A DNA stretch of 64,000 nt. It comes from Squalus acanthias (taxonomy: Eukaryota). The stretch is taken from assembly GCA_030390025.1 (NCBI GenBank), contig CM059438.1, forward strand, positions 56,422,001 through 56,486,000, in the 5' to 3' direction. Positions 24,951 through 38,524 of this stretch are shown here, piece after piece. Made by a program: the position numbers and the translations under genes. Every line of letters starts with the position of its first letter. Position 1 is the first letter of the stretch. The notes beneath the pieces were generated by a model. The model was not told the origin of the DNA. It did no database searches and was given only the letters and a program-made list of their open reading frames with translations.

Positions 24951-25639
24951 GCACATTTTCATTTCATTCAAGGTGCAAGTTTCCCGGTCGGAAGCCATGA
25001 CGAAACGGAAGCCATGACGAAAATACAATGTTGCCGAGTGCCTTGCAGATCTAATTAAATTGGGGAGAGAATGCTGCTTGTGTTGCAGTAAGTTTTAATT
25101 ATGAGCTCGGATAGATTCAGGAACGCTGATGTCTGGGGATTGAGTTAATTAAAAGCTGCTTTATTTTAGTTTTAATTAGTTTCTCTTCACCATATGGCCT
25201 TGTCCTGTGGTCAAATTAACTTAATTAAGCTCATTAAAGTGATCAGTTTAATTATTCAGGGCAATCTGATTGGTAACTGGAGTCTCTGATAATTCACAGG
25301 ATTGTTTTTCCAGCTTTATTAAAGTTAGAAGGAGATCTCCCTCAGGCAGTGACCTCTAGACTGAGGCAAGGTCACAGCAGTAAATACCCGGGTCTGTAGC
25401 GAGAGGCAGCAAACTCGAGCCCATGTGTAGCCCATTCTCAGCCCGTGAGCAGGGAGTGAGCCCCCTGTGCAGCCTCTGCTGCCAGCTCGGTGTGTGCGGT
25501 GTTGGATTCACTGTGTCGAAGGGGTTCGAGCGAGGCTGAGCATTGTACTGAGGTTATTCGAGCCTCTCGACAGCTGAAGTAAAGAAACCTCTGTCCAGGT
25601 CCCCGACGGGAAAGATCACGTGTGGAGTCATTGAACGGG

Positions 25640-25955
25640 ATCAGGATCGGGGCTAGGAACAGGAGGAGGCCATTCTGCCCCTCGAGTCTGTTCCGCCATT
25701 TAATTAGATCATGGCTCCATTTACCCGCCTTGGTTCCATATGCCTTAAAACCCTTACCTAACAAAAATCTATCGATCTCGGTCTTGACCCTCAGAATCTA
25801 CAGCTGTTTGGGGGAGAGAGTTCCAGGTTTCCACTGCCCTTTGTGTGAAGAAGTGCCTCCTGATTTCACTCCGAAATGGCCCAGCTCTAATTTCAAGGTG
25901 ATGCCCCCTTGTTCTTGAATCCCTGCCAGAGGAAATAGTTACTCCGTATCTACCC
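25640..25955 (-). mobile_element. Decayed CR1 3' end
   Basis: Minus-strand GFKAYGTKAGKWS and CR1 3' UTR (GGCCATTCTGCCCCTCGAG on plus). Confidence 0.8.
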
Positions 25956-26040
25956 TAACAAACAGAAAGTTTCATCCAACCACCAGATCCACTCCTCCCA
26001 TTCCAACAGACACGCCTGAGCTGCAAATTCAGCGGCTATT

Positions 26041-26240
26041 NNNNNNNNNNNNNNNNNNNNNNNNNNNNNNNNNNNNNNNNNNNNNNNNNNNNNNNNNNNN
26101 NNNNNNNNNNNNNNNNNNNNNNNNNNNNNNNNNNNNNNNNNNNNNNNNNNNNNNNNNNNNNNNNNNNNNNNNNNNNNNNNNNNNNNNNNNNNNNNNNNNN
26201 NNNNNNNNNNNNNNNNNNNNNNNNNNNNNNNNNNNNNNNN
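26041..26240. other. Assembly gap (200 N)
   Basis: Run of N next to a tandem array. Confidence 1.
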
Positions 26241-29200
26241 CAATAAATAAATAACTTTCTCTGTAGCCCTCCAATAACTGAATATCCTGCTCTGTACCCC
26301 AATAACTGAATATCCTTCTCTTTACACCAATAACCAAATATCCTTATTTGTACCCCAATAACTGAATATCCTTCTCTGTACCCCAATAACTGAATTTTCT
26401 TCTCTGTACCCCAATAACTGAATATCCTTCTTGGTACCCCAATAACTGAGTTTCGTTCTCTGTAACCCAATAACTGAATATCCTTATCTGTACCCCAATA
26501 ACTGAATATCCTTTTCTGTACCCCAATAACTGAATTTTCTTCTCTATACCCCAATAACTGAATATCCTTCTCTGTACCCCAATAACTGAAGATCCTTCTC
26601 GGTACCCCAATAACTGAATATCGTTCTCTGTACCCCAATAACTGAATATAATTCTCGGTACCCCAATAACTGAATATCGTTCTCTGTACCCCAATAACTG
26701 AATATCCTTCTCTGTACCCCAATAATTGAATATCATTCTCTGTACCCCAATAACTGAATATCCTTCTCTGTACCCCAATAACTGAATATCCTTCTCTGTA
26801 CCCCAATAACTGAAAATCATTCTCTGTAACCCAATAATTGAATATCCTTCTCTGTAACCCAATAAATGAATATCCTTCTCTGTATCCCAATAAATGAATA
26901 TCCTTCTCTGTATCCCAGTAACTGAATATCCTTCTCTGTACCCCAATAACTGAATATCCTTCTCTGTACCCCAATAACTGAATATCCTTCACTGTACCCC
27001 AATAACTGAATATCCTTCTCTTCACCCCAATAATTGAATATCCTTCTCTGTACCCCAATAACTGAATATTCCTCTCTTTACACCAATAACCAAATATCCT
27101 TCTCTGTACCCCAATAACTGAGTATCTGTATCTGTACCCCAATAACCGAATATCTTCTCTGTACCCCAATAACTGGATATCATTCTCTGTACCCCAATAA
27201 CTGAATATCCTTCTCTGTTCCCCAATAACTGAATATACTTCTCTGAACCCCCTCCAATGACTGAATATCCTTCTCTGTACCCCAATAATTTATTATCCTT
27301 CTCTGCACCCCAATAACTGAATATCCTTCTCTGTACCCAAGTAACTGAATATCCTCATCAGTACCCCAATAACTGAATATCTTTCTGTGTACCCCAATAA
27401 CTGAATATCCTTCTCTGTACCCAAATGACGGAATATTCTTCTCTGTACCCCAATAACTGAATATCTTTCTCTGTACCCAAATAACTGAATATCCTTCTCT
27501 GTACCCCAATAACTGAATATCCTTCTCTGTACCCCAATAATTGAATATCCTTCCCTGTAACCCAATAAATGAATATCCTTCTCTGTATCCCAATAAATGA
27601 ATATCCTTCTCTGTATCCCAGTAACTGAATATCCTTCTCTGTACCCCAATAACTGAATATCCTTCTCTGTACCCCAATAACTGAATATCCTGCTCTGTAC
27701 CCCAATAACTGAATATCCTGCACTGTACCCCAATAACTGAATATCCTTCTCTTCACACCAATAATTGAATATCCTTTACTGTACCCCAATAACTGAATAT
27801 CCCTCTCTTTACACCAATAACCAAATATCCTTCTCTGTACCCCAATAACTGAGTATCTGTATCTGTACCCCAATAACTGAATATCCTTCTCTGTACCCCA
27901 ATAACTGGATATCATTCTCTGTACCCCAATAACTGAATATTCTTCTCTGTTCCCCAATAACTGAATATACTTCGCTGAACCCCCTCCAATGACTGAATAT
28001 CCTTCTCTGTACCCCAATAACATGATCCTTCTCTGCACCCCAATAACTGAATATCCTTCTCTGTACCCAAGTAACTGAATATCCTCATCAGTACCCCAAT
28101 AACTGAATATCTTTCTGTGTACCCCAATAACTGAATATTCTTCTCTGTACCCCAATAACTGAATATCCTTCTCTGTACCCAAATGACTGAATATTCTTCT
28201 CTGTACCCCAATAACTGAATATCCTTCTCTGTACCCAAATAACTGAATATCCTTCTCTGTACCCCAATAACTGAATATCCTTCTCTGTACCCCAATAACT
28301 GAATATCCTTCTCTGTACCCAAATAACTGAATATCCTTCTCTGTACCAACCCAATAACTGAATATCCTGCTTTGTACCCGAATAATTGTATATCCTTCTC
28401 TGTGCCCCAATAACTGAATATCCTTCTCTGTACCCCAATAACTGAATATCCGTCTCTGTACCCCTATAACTGAATATAATTCTCTGTACCCAAATAATTG
28501 AATATCCACCCTACCCCAATAACTGAATGTCCTTCTCTGTACCCCTATAACTGAATATCCTTCTCTTCACCCCTATAACTGAATATAATTTTCTGTACCC
28601 CAATAACTGATTATTATTCTCTGTAGCACTCCAATAACTGAATATCCTTCTCTGTACCAAAACAAATCAATGTCCTTCTCTGTACCCATCCAGTAGCTGA
28701 ATAACCTTCTCTGTACCTCAATAACTGAATAACCTTCTCTGTACCCCAATAACTGAATATCATTCTCTGTGCCCCAATAACTGAATATCGTTATCTTTAC
28801 CCCAATAACTGAATGTTCTTCTCTGTACCCCAATCACTGAATATCCTTCTCTGTACCCCAATAACTGAATATCCTTCTCTGTACCCCAATAACCAAATAT
28901 TCTTCTATGTACCCCAATAACTGAATATCCTTCTCTGTACCCCAATAACTGAATATCTTTCTGTGTACCCCAATAACTGAATATTCTCCTCAGTACCCCA
29001 ATAACTGAATATCGTTCTCTGTACCCCAATAACTGAATATCCTTATAGGTACCCCCATAACTGAGTTTCATTCTCTGTACCCCAATAACTGAATATCCTT
29101 CTCTGTACCCCAATAACTGAATATCCTTCTCTGTACCCCAATAACTGAATTTTCTTCTCTATACCCCAATAACTGAATATCCTTCTCTGTACCCCAATAA

Positions 29201-31885
29201 CTGAATATCCTTCTCGGTACTCCAATAACTGAATATCGTTCTCTGTACCCCAATAACTGAATATCCTTCTCTGTATCCCAATAACTGAATATTCTTCTCT
29301 GTACCCCAATAACTGAATATTCTTTTCTGTACCCCAATAACTTATTATCCTTCTCTGCGCCCCAATAACTGAATATCCTTCTCTGTACTCCCTCCAATAA
29401 CTGAATATTCTTCTCTGTACCCCAATAACTGAATATCCTTCTCTGTACCCCCTCCAATAACTGAATATCCTTCTCTGTACCCAAATAACTGAATATTCTT
29501 CTCTGTACCCCAATAACTGAATATCCTTCTCTGTACCCCAATAACTGAATATCCTTCACGGTACCCCAATAACTGAATATTCTTCTCTGCACCCCAATAG
29601 CTGAATATCCTTCACTGTACCCCAATAACTGAATATCCTTCTCTGTACCCCAATAACTGAATATCCTTATCTGTACCCCAATAATGGAATATCCTTCTCT
29701 GTAGCCCTCCAATAACTGAATATCCTGCTCTGTACCCAATAACTGAATATCCTTCACTGTACCCCAATAACTGAATATCCTTCTCTTCACCCCAATAATT
29801 GAATATCCTTCTCTGTACCCCAATAACTGAATATCCATCTCTTTACACCAATAACCAAATATCCTTCTCTGTACCCCAATAACTGAATATCCTTCTCTGT
29901 ACCCCAATAACTGAATATACTTTTCTGAACCCCCTCCAATGACAGAATATCCTTCTCTGTCCCCCAAGAACTTATTATCCTTCTCTGCACCCCAATAACT
30001 GAATATCCTTCTCTGAACCCAAATAACTGAATATCCTCATCAGTACCCCAATTACTGAATATCTTTCTGTGTACCCCAATAACTGAATATTCTCCTCAGT
30101 ACCCCAATAACTGAATATCGCTCTCTGTACCCCAACAACGGAATATCCCTCTCTGTAGCCCAATAACTGCATATACTTCTCTGTACCCCAATAACTAAAT
30201 AACCTTCTCTGTGGCCCTCCAATAACTGAATATCCATCTCTGTACCCCAATAACTGAATATCCTTCTCTGTAGCCCTCCAATAACTGAATATCCTTCTCT
30301 GTACCCCAATAACTGAATATCCTTCTCTGTACCCAAATAACTGAATATCCTTCTCTGTACCCCAATAACTGAATATCCTTCTCTGTACCCCAATAACTGA
30401 ATATCCTTCTCGGTACTCCAATAACTGAATATCGTTCTCTGTACCCCAATAACTTAATATCCTTCTCTGTATCCCAATAACTGAATATTCCTCTCTGTAC
30501 CCCAATAACTGAATATTCTTTTCTGTACCCCAATAACTTATTATCCTTCTCTGCGCCCCAATAACTGAATATCCTTCCTTGTACCCCCTCCAATAACTGA
30601 ATATTCTTCTCTGTACCCCAATAACTGAATATCCTTCTCTGTACCCCCTCCAATAACTGAATATTCTTCTCTGTACCCCAATAACTGAATATCCTTCTTT
30701 GTAGCCCTCCAATAACTGAATATCCTTCTCTCTACCCCAATAACAGAATATCCTTCTCTGTACCCCAATAACTGAATATTCTTCTCTATTCCCCAATAAC
30801 TGAATATCCTTCTCTGTACCCCCTCCAATAACTGAATATTCTTCTCTGTACCCCAATAACTGAATATCCTTCTCTGTACCCCCTCCAATAACTGAATATC
30901 CTTCTCTGTACCCAAATAACTGAATATTCTTCTCTGTACCCCAATAACTGAATATCCTTCTTTGTAGCCCTCCAATAACTGAATATCCTTCTCTCTACCC
31001 CAATAACAGAATATCCTTCTCTGTACCCCAATAACTGAATATCCTTCTCTTCACCCCAATAACTGAATATCCTTCTCTGTACCCCAATAACTGAATATCC
31101 TTCTCTGTACCCCAATAACTGAATATCATTCTCTGTACCCCAATAATGGAATATCCTTCTCTGTACCCCAATAACTGAATATCCTTCACTGTACCCCAAT
31201 AACTGAATATGCTTCTCTGTACCCCAATAACTGAATTTTCTTCTCTGTACCCCAATAACTGAATATTCTTCTCTGTACCCCAATAACTGAATATCCTTCT
31301 CTGTACCCCAATAATGGAATATCCTTCTCTGTACCCCAATAACTAAATATCCTTCTCTGTACCCCAATAACTGAATATCCTTCTCTGTACCCCAATAACT
31401 GAATATCCTTCTCTGTACCCCAATAACTGAATATCCTTCTCTGTACCCCAATAATGGAATATCCTTCTCTGTACCCCAATAACTGAATCTCCTTCGCTGT
31501 ACCCCAATAACTGAATATTCTTATCTGTACCCCAATAACTGAATATGCTTCTCTGTACCCCAATAACTGAATATCCTTCTCTGTACCCCAATAATGGAAT
31601 ATCCTTCTCTGTACCCCAATAACTGAATATCCTTCTCTGTACCCCAATAACTGAATATCCTTCTCTGTGCCCCAATATCTGAATATTCTTCTCTGTACCC
31701 CAATAACTGAATATCCTTCTCTGTACCCCAATAACTGAATATCCTTCTCTGTACCCCAATAACTGAATATCCTTCTCTGAACCCTCTCCAAAAACTGAAT
31801 ATCCTTCTCTGTACTCCAATACCTGAATATCCTTTTCAGTACCCACTCCAATAACTGAATATCCTTCTCTGTACCCCAATAACTG
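26241..31885. repeat. 28-bp tandem satellite ATAACTGAATATCCTTCTCTGTACCCCA
   Basis: About 200 diverged units; source of the GYREGYSVIGVQRRIFSYWG pseudo-ORFs. Confidence 0.97.
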
Positions 31886-32957
31886 ATTATATGAGTATTT
31901 GCAGCACTGGTTTGAACAAAATGGGTCATTCCTCGTACTGAATGCTTGTACACGGGGTCATCAGCAGTTTTGCTTGTTTCCTCATTAGATGTGGCGATTA
32001 TGTCTGTGATAAATACTTGCGTCAGCACTCCAGTTAATTTCTGATAATACAGCTAATATCTCCCCAGTAGCCATCTTCATGGCTGGATCCTTCCCACATT
32101 TGCAATTTTATTAACGCTCATAAACCATAGTCCAACGGAGGATTTGTTTACCGTACCATCTGATTCCAGTCTCCACTCTCCTGAAGCTGCCGCCTCTTGC
32201 AGGGAAATGTTCTGGGAGCTCAGGTCGCCATCTGATACCCTGGCCCACTCCTCGTGCGTCAGCCTGAACAGTCTGGATATTCGGCCATGAAGGTGATCAC
32301 TGCCATGTCCCATCCTGTACTCAGCTGATGTCCACACACATGCGCTTTTGAGCTGGGGGCTACAGGATAGTCATCAGTGGGGGGTGCGGTGAGGGGATGA
32401 CCCTTCCCCTCCCTGACCCAGGGTACTGAGGCAAACTGTACAGCCTCCATTGCTGCACAGTCTGCGATCAACTAATCCTGCGACTCAGTTCTTCTTTCAT
32501 GAAAGCTTTTTTGGCGAAGATCCGAGACCCCAGCAGCCTCCTTGGAAGCCCAGATGTAGCAGTGCGACTGAACTGAGTATGAGCTTCCGAACTGGATTCT
32601 TATGATTGAGAAATTTTACGCCTTGCATCATGTAATTAGCAGTTGCTCTCAGTGCTTACCCTTTGCAAATTGCAATGCCGCCTACGATTCTTAGACTCTC
32701 TGCTTGTCTGTGGGTTGCCCTTCAACCACTTCACCTCCCCTCACACGTCCGCAATAATCTGTCGGGCCTATTCAGTGAGGTAGTCGCTCAGATTCTCCTT
32801 GCTTGCTCTATAAATGCTTCAGTATCTGCACTCCACAGCTGGACAGACCCACTGCGTGTATCTATGGTTGTTACAGATGGTCATCAAGTTTGACAGCAGC
32901 TTTATTGGAGGCACATTCTGATAGTCAGTTCTAACACAAGTCTCACAGACTCGCACG

Positions 32958-33060
32958 TCTAGACCGGCCCTTCAGTGCAGTACTGAGGGAGTGCTGCTCT
33001 GCCAGAGGGGCTGTCTTTCGAGATGAGACATTAAACCGAGGCCCCATCTGCCTCTCAGAG
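32958..33060 (+). mobile_element. Deu-domain SINE fragment
   Basis: GCTGTCTTTCGAGATGAGACATTAAACCGAGGCCCC, homologous to 36245-36315. Confidence 0.7.
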
Positions 33061-33129
33061 GCTGATGCCTGGAATGCCGGGGTTCCTCAATGTTGTGCAT
33101 CGTGCAAGAGGGTTACAGCAGGAAGGCTC

Positions 33130-34120
33130 CAAAAACTGGAATCTGCAGTGGAGGAAGAGGAAGAAGACAGTGAAGATGAAGAGACACCGTCACTCGATCT
33201 TACACTCACAGCCACCAGCTCAGATACTGACACTACGCATATATTAACGGCTATGATAGAGGACGGATCTGCATGTGGGGAGATACCGGGCACAAGTGCG
33301 CAGGTGCCAGGGCTGGGGGAAAGGATAGTGCAGGTGCCAGCTCTTCGGAGGGCAAAGTCGCACGCTAGTTCTGCTTCAGATGTCTCAGATGAGGACTTCG
33401 ATGCGCCAGGCTGATAGATGTACATAACCAAATGCTTGATGCACTGGAAAGTCTGCCAGAAAGCCTGCGCACAATGTCAAGGAGCATGGAGGAGTCCAGC
33501 ACCAACTCAGCACAGGGCTTTGCGCAGAGCTTGGAGCTCATTCTTTCCAACATGGAGCCTCCATCAGCACACCTGTGGAACCCACCTTGATCCAGCGCCT
33601 GATGTCATAGCTTCCATTGAAGCACAAACAGATTCCATCAAAGGTCTGAGTGCTGCAGTGGAAGGTCAGACTGCTACCATCATGGCTCTGGACACCAGTG
33701 TTCAAAGGGGCTTCCAGGACGTCACAGCGGTCCATCAATCTGTTCTCCAACAGATCAGTAGGATTGCTGAGGCGCTGCCTTGGGAGAATGGCAGTGGCTC
33801 CACGGAGCACAAATCTGCTTTCCTCTCTCAGGAGGACAGCATTTGTGCTCCCACCCCTGCCACTCTGCCAGTGCCCTTGTTGTTGCCTGTCAGCCCGCTA
33901 GCCCAGTCTGCTGCAGCCCACGTGCAGTCTGAAGCCGGGCCTTCTTGGTCCCAGAGCTGCTCAAGGTCGCCCTCCAAGGCCATCTGCAGTCTCCTCAACT
34001 GGAGGTCAGCAACCTTCCACCAACTATGCTGCAGCCACTGGGGGAACCACCTCGTAGGAGCACTAGGAGAGGAAAAGGCACACAGAAGACAGACACCAAG
34101 GGAATGAACAAGGGTGATTA
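33130..34120 (+). pseudogene. Relic of the last exon of a Harbinger Myb/SANT-like accessory gene
   Basis: HQSVLQQI, LSQEDSI and VQSEAGP match QQSVLQQI, LTQDDSI and VQSAAGP in 53404-52443. Confidence 0.7.
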
Positions 34121-34274
34121 GTTTAATTTTCTATGCATTATGTCATGATTTAATTTATAAATTTAGATTGGAATGTGCATTTTCTGGTAGTTTTTATTTT
34201 TGTGTTGTCGGAAATAGGACAATGTGATGGTCAGTGATAGAGGAAAGGTAAGGCATGTGGGACTATTCGTGAAT

Positions 34275-35655
34275 CAATTCAGCCAATTACCACCCTATCG
34301 GCCTACTCTCAATCATCAGCACAGTGATGGAAGGTGTCATCGACTGTGCTATCAGGTGGCACTTACTCACCAGTAATCTGCTCACCGATGCTCAGTTTGG
34401 GTTCCACCAGGATCACTCGGCTCCAGACCTCATTACAGCCTTGGTCCAAACATGGACAAAAGAGCTGAATTCCAGAGGTGATGTGAGAGTGACTGCCCTT
34501 GACATCAAGGCAGCATTTGACCGAGTGTGGCATCAAGGCGCCCTCGTAAAACTGAAGTCAATGGAAATCAGGGGGAAAACGCTCCACTGGCTGGAGTCAT
34601 ACCTAGCACAAAAGAAGATGGTTGTAGTTGTTAGAGGCCAATCATCACAGCCCCAGGACATCACTGCAGGAGTTCCTCAGGGCAGTGTCCGAGGCCCAAT
34701 CATCTTCAGCTGCTTCATCAATGACCTTCCCTCCATCATAAGGTCAGACATGGGAATGTTCGCTGATGATTGCACAGTGTTCAGTTCCATTCGCAACTCC
34801 TCAGATAATGAAGCAGTCCATGCCCACATGCAGCAAGACCTGGACATTCCAGCTTGGGCTGATAAGTAGCAGGCAACATTCACGCCACACAAGTGCCAGG
34901 CAATGACTATCTCCAACAAGCAAGAGTCTAACCACCTCCCCTTGACATTCAATGGCATTACCATCGCTGAATCCCCCACCATCAACATCCTGTGGCTCAC
35001 AGAAACTTAACTGGACCAGCCACATAAATACTGTGGCTACAAGAGCAGGTCAGAGGCTGGGTATTCTGCAGCGAGTGTCTCACCTCCTGACTCCCCAAAG
35101 CCTTTCCACCAGCTACAAGGCACAAGTCAGGAGTGTGATGGAATACTTTCCACTTACCTGGATGAGTGCAGCTCCAACACTCGAGAAGCTCAACACCATC
35201 CAGGACAAAGCAGCCCGCTTGATTGGCACCCCATCCATCACCTTAAACATTCACTCCCTCCACCACCAGCATACTGTGGCTGCAGTGTGCACCATCTACA
35301 AGATGCACTGCAGCAACTCACCAAGACTTCTTCGGCAGCACCTCCCAAACCCGCGACCTCTACCACCTAGAAGGACAAGGGCAGCAGGCGCATGGGAACA
35401 CCATCACCTCCAAGTTCCCCTCCAAGTCACACATCATCCTGACTTGGAAGTATATCGCCGTTCCTGCATCGTCGCTGGGTCAAAATCCTGGAACTCCCTC
35501 CCTAACAGCACTGTGGGAGTACCTTCACTACACGGACTGCAGCGGTTCAAGAAGGCAGCTCACCACCACCTTCTCAAGGGCAATTAGGGATGGGCAATAA
35601 ATGCTGGCCTTGTCAGCGACGCCCACATCCCAGGAATGAATTTAAAAAAATAATA
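34275..35655 (+). mobile_element. 5'-truncated LINE family A with 3' tail
   Basis: RT motifs ALDIKAAFD, GVPQGS and MFADD; tail GGGATGGGCAATAAATGCTGGCC...CATCCCA followed by an A-rich end. Confidence 0.92.
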
Positions 35656-36139
35656 AACCCAATCAACTAACCCAATAGAACAATCTGTCCAATCAGTGCC
35701 ATAAAGACAATAATTAACTCCAGAAAACATTTTCATACACGTTACCTTCCAGTAAATGATGCTCTGTAAAAACATGTAAGGATGCTCCTATAATCCCTTT
35801 CTGTACCCATGTGAAACTGATGAATCCCATACTCAGTGAACTCACTTTCTAGTGACTAACTAAATGGAAAGATGCCAGTGAGACAGCACATTCTTGTTGC
35901 TGAGGCTCTTTATTGCATTTCACATTTATTGCTTAAGGGAGTGTCACTGTCACGAAGGATAATTTCCGCTCTCCTCACCCAGGGCATGAATAGCTTGACT
36001 GGAGCACCCCCTGTTGGTTTCCCTGAAAGAGAGTGCACAGAGATTACCTGTTACAGTTTGGAATACATCAATCAAATGCAACCCGGTACAGTAGATGTCA
36101 CAGGTTCTATTCCTATTAGACTTCATTGAGTTATACAGT

Positions 36140-36570
36140 CAGCCATGGCTCAGAGGTAGCACTCTCACCCCTCTAAGTCCTAAAGGTTGTGGGTTCAAGC
36201 CCCTCGCCAGAGACTCGGGCCTATTATCTAGGCTGACACATCAGGGGAGTGCTGCTTTGCCAGAGGTGCTGTCTTTTGAATGAGAGGTTAAACCAAGACT
36301 GTCTGCCCTCTCAGGTGGATATGAAAGATCCCATGGGACTATTGGAGGAAGAGCAGGGGAGGTGTCCTGGCCAATAATTATCCCTCAACCAACATCACTA
36401 AAACAGGTTCTCTGGTCATTTACTTCATCGCTGTTTGTGGGAGCTTGCTGTGTGCAAATTGGCTGCCATGTTTCCGACATTACAACAGCGATTCTACTTT
36501 AAAAGCTGTGAAGTGCTTTGGGATGTCCTGAGGATGTGAAAGGCGCGATAGAAATGCAAGTCTTTCTGTT
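36140..36570 (+). mobile_element. Near full-length tRNA-derived Deu-domain SINE (SacSINE1-like)
   Basis: B-box-like GGTTCAAGCCC; Deu-like core GAGAGGTTAAACC...CAGGTGGA...AAAGATCCCATGG; 3' end AAAGGCGCGATAGAAATGCAAGTCTTTC. Recognised from memory of the consensus. Confidence 0.8.
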
Positions 36571-36589
36571 TTGCGTATGTCAGGTTTGC

Positions 36590-36940
36590 CAGGGCAGAAG
36601 ACTTTTCCTCAGGGTGATCACCAGCAGCAACAGACGCTCTTCACCCTTGGCTTCCCAAGAGAGCGGGGCCTCACCGATGGGACCCACGTGACCCCACAGG
36701 GCTCCTTTCATCAACACGACGGCATTTATGAACAGAAAGCGCTTCCAATTCATCAACACCCAGGTTGTGCGTGGTCATCACAGCTGCATCAGGCAGGTGG
36801 ATGCCAGGTATCTGGGACAGGCCACAATGTGTGAATTCCACAACCGCCCACAATGTCACCGTTACTTCACGGCATCTCCTGCTGATTGGATAGATGATTG
36901 GCCGGGGATACCCCTCTGAAGCCACGGCAAAACCCACCTA
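36590..36940 (+). pseudogene. Decayed Harbinger transposase fragment
   Basis: GFPRERGLTDGTHV and NRKRFQFINTQVV...VDARYLG align with GFPMVQGAIDCTHV and NRKGFHSLNVQLV...VNAHYPG of the 50647 ORF. Confidence 0.75.
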
Positions 36941-37097
36941 CTGCAGCAGACTGGGAATGTCGTGAGGCACATGTCTCCAAGCCAACAGTAGGCAGGCTGA
37001 AAGAAATATTGTCCACTCTGGATAGGGCCAGGGAGGGTCCTGAAAAGGTCTCTGAAATTACCAATAATTTTCTAATGACGCTATCAGCAGATGATTC

Positions 37098-37480
37098 AAC
37101 AACAACAACTTGCACTAATACAGCACCTTTAACGTAGTAAAACATCTCAAGGCTCTTCACAGGAGCATTTTCAGACAAAATTTGACACCGAGCCACATAA
37201 AGAGATGTTAAGACATGTGACCAAAAGCTTGGTCAAAGAGGTAGGTTTTAAGGAGCGTCTTAAATGAGGAGAGAGAGGTTTAGGGAGCGAATTCCAGAGC
37301 TGAGGGACCAGGCAGCTGAAGGCATGGCTGCCAATGGTGGGGTGATGGAAATCAGCGATGTGCAAGAGGCCAGAATTGGAGGAACGCAGCGATCCCAGAG
37401 GATTGTAGGGCTGGAGGAGGTTCCAGGGATAGGGAGGGATGAGGCCATGGAGGGATTTGAAGACTAGGATGAGAATTTTA
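37098..37480 (-). mobile_element. L2-type LINE 3' end
   Basis: KILILVFKSLHGL...LRSSNSGLL...AFS...LWNSLP, with a (TTG)n tail on the minus strand. Confidence 0.8.
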
Positions 37481-38044
37481 GATTCACCGTACAGCGAGCA
37501 CAAAAGCAGTGTCAGGAAAGGCCAGAGGAAGATGGTTACAGTGAGGCTGAGGAGGTGTCAGTGTGATAAGTGTATCTTTGCACTGGCTGTGTATTTTGTA
37601 CTCGGTAGAAGCAGTTGTGGCTGTTTAATCTTTCATTCATGTCTATCAGTATATACCTGAGTGAGACATAAAACAGGAGCAGCAGGAATACGGTCAAAAC
37701 TATACTCACAGTGGTCGATTTAAACTCATCCCGTCTGGCAGAAGCAGGGTGGGGCGCGGTTAAAATGGAGCAGGGGGTTGGGGGATCTGTCAAGATCTGG
37801 CCGACTAAAGGGGGTTCTCCTTTAAATATGCAGTTTGGGCTCCGATGACGTCATTGAGGCCCGATCTGCCACTTTAACTTGAGGCCTGAGCGGGTGAGCA
37901 GTGCTGGCTTCCTTGGGCACCGAAATTAATAACCGCACAAGTCACCCTTCGCACTGCACTCTGATGAAGGAGGGCATTAACTTAGGATCTTACAATATGT
38001 GCCATGATCTCCCCTAACAGCAATTACTCACGTGCAGAAACTTA

Positions 38045-38370
38045 CATAAAATGTACAGCAAAGAAACAGGCCATTTGGCCCAACCAGTCCGTGCCGGTGT
38101 TTATGCTCCACATGAGCCTCCTCCCACACCTCTCCATCTAACCCCATCAGCATATCCTTCTATTCCTTTCTCCCTCGTGTTTATCCAGCTTCCCCTTAAA
38201 TGCATCTATGCTATTCGCCTCAACTACTCGTTCCACATTCTAACCATCCTCTGTGTAAAGATGTTTCTCCTGAAATCCTTATTGGACTTATTAGTGACTG
38301 TGTTCTATTTATGGCCCCTAGTTTCCTCCACAAATGGAAACATCTTCTCTATGTCTTCCCTGTTGAACCC
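38045..38370 (-). mobile_element. Old CR1 3' end
   Basis: GGCCATTTGGCCCAACCAGTCCGTGCC CR1-type 3' UTR followed by a decayed ORF2 end. Confidence 0.65.
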
Positions 38371-38524
38371 CAGAGAGCTGCCCCACTGTGAGAAGCAGAC
38401 CAAGGAGCCCCCAGGAAGGCCCTCCGCGCCAGCCCTGGGAGATGGTGCGATTGGTGCAGACAGCACATTAGTGGGCGCAAACCAAACTGTCGCCATGACA
38501 TCGCTGTGAAACAGTACACAAGCC

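Noticed and set aside
26036..32028. Minus-strand GYREGYSVIG repeat ORFs
   Set aside because: Artefact of the 28-bp satellite; some ORFs run through the N gap.
31890..32940. Host exons in unique sequence
   Set aside because: The splice-bounded segments I tried had stops in all frames and gave no recognisable protein.
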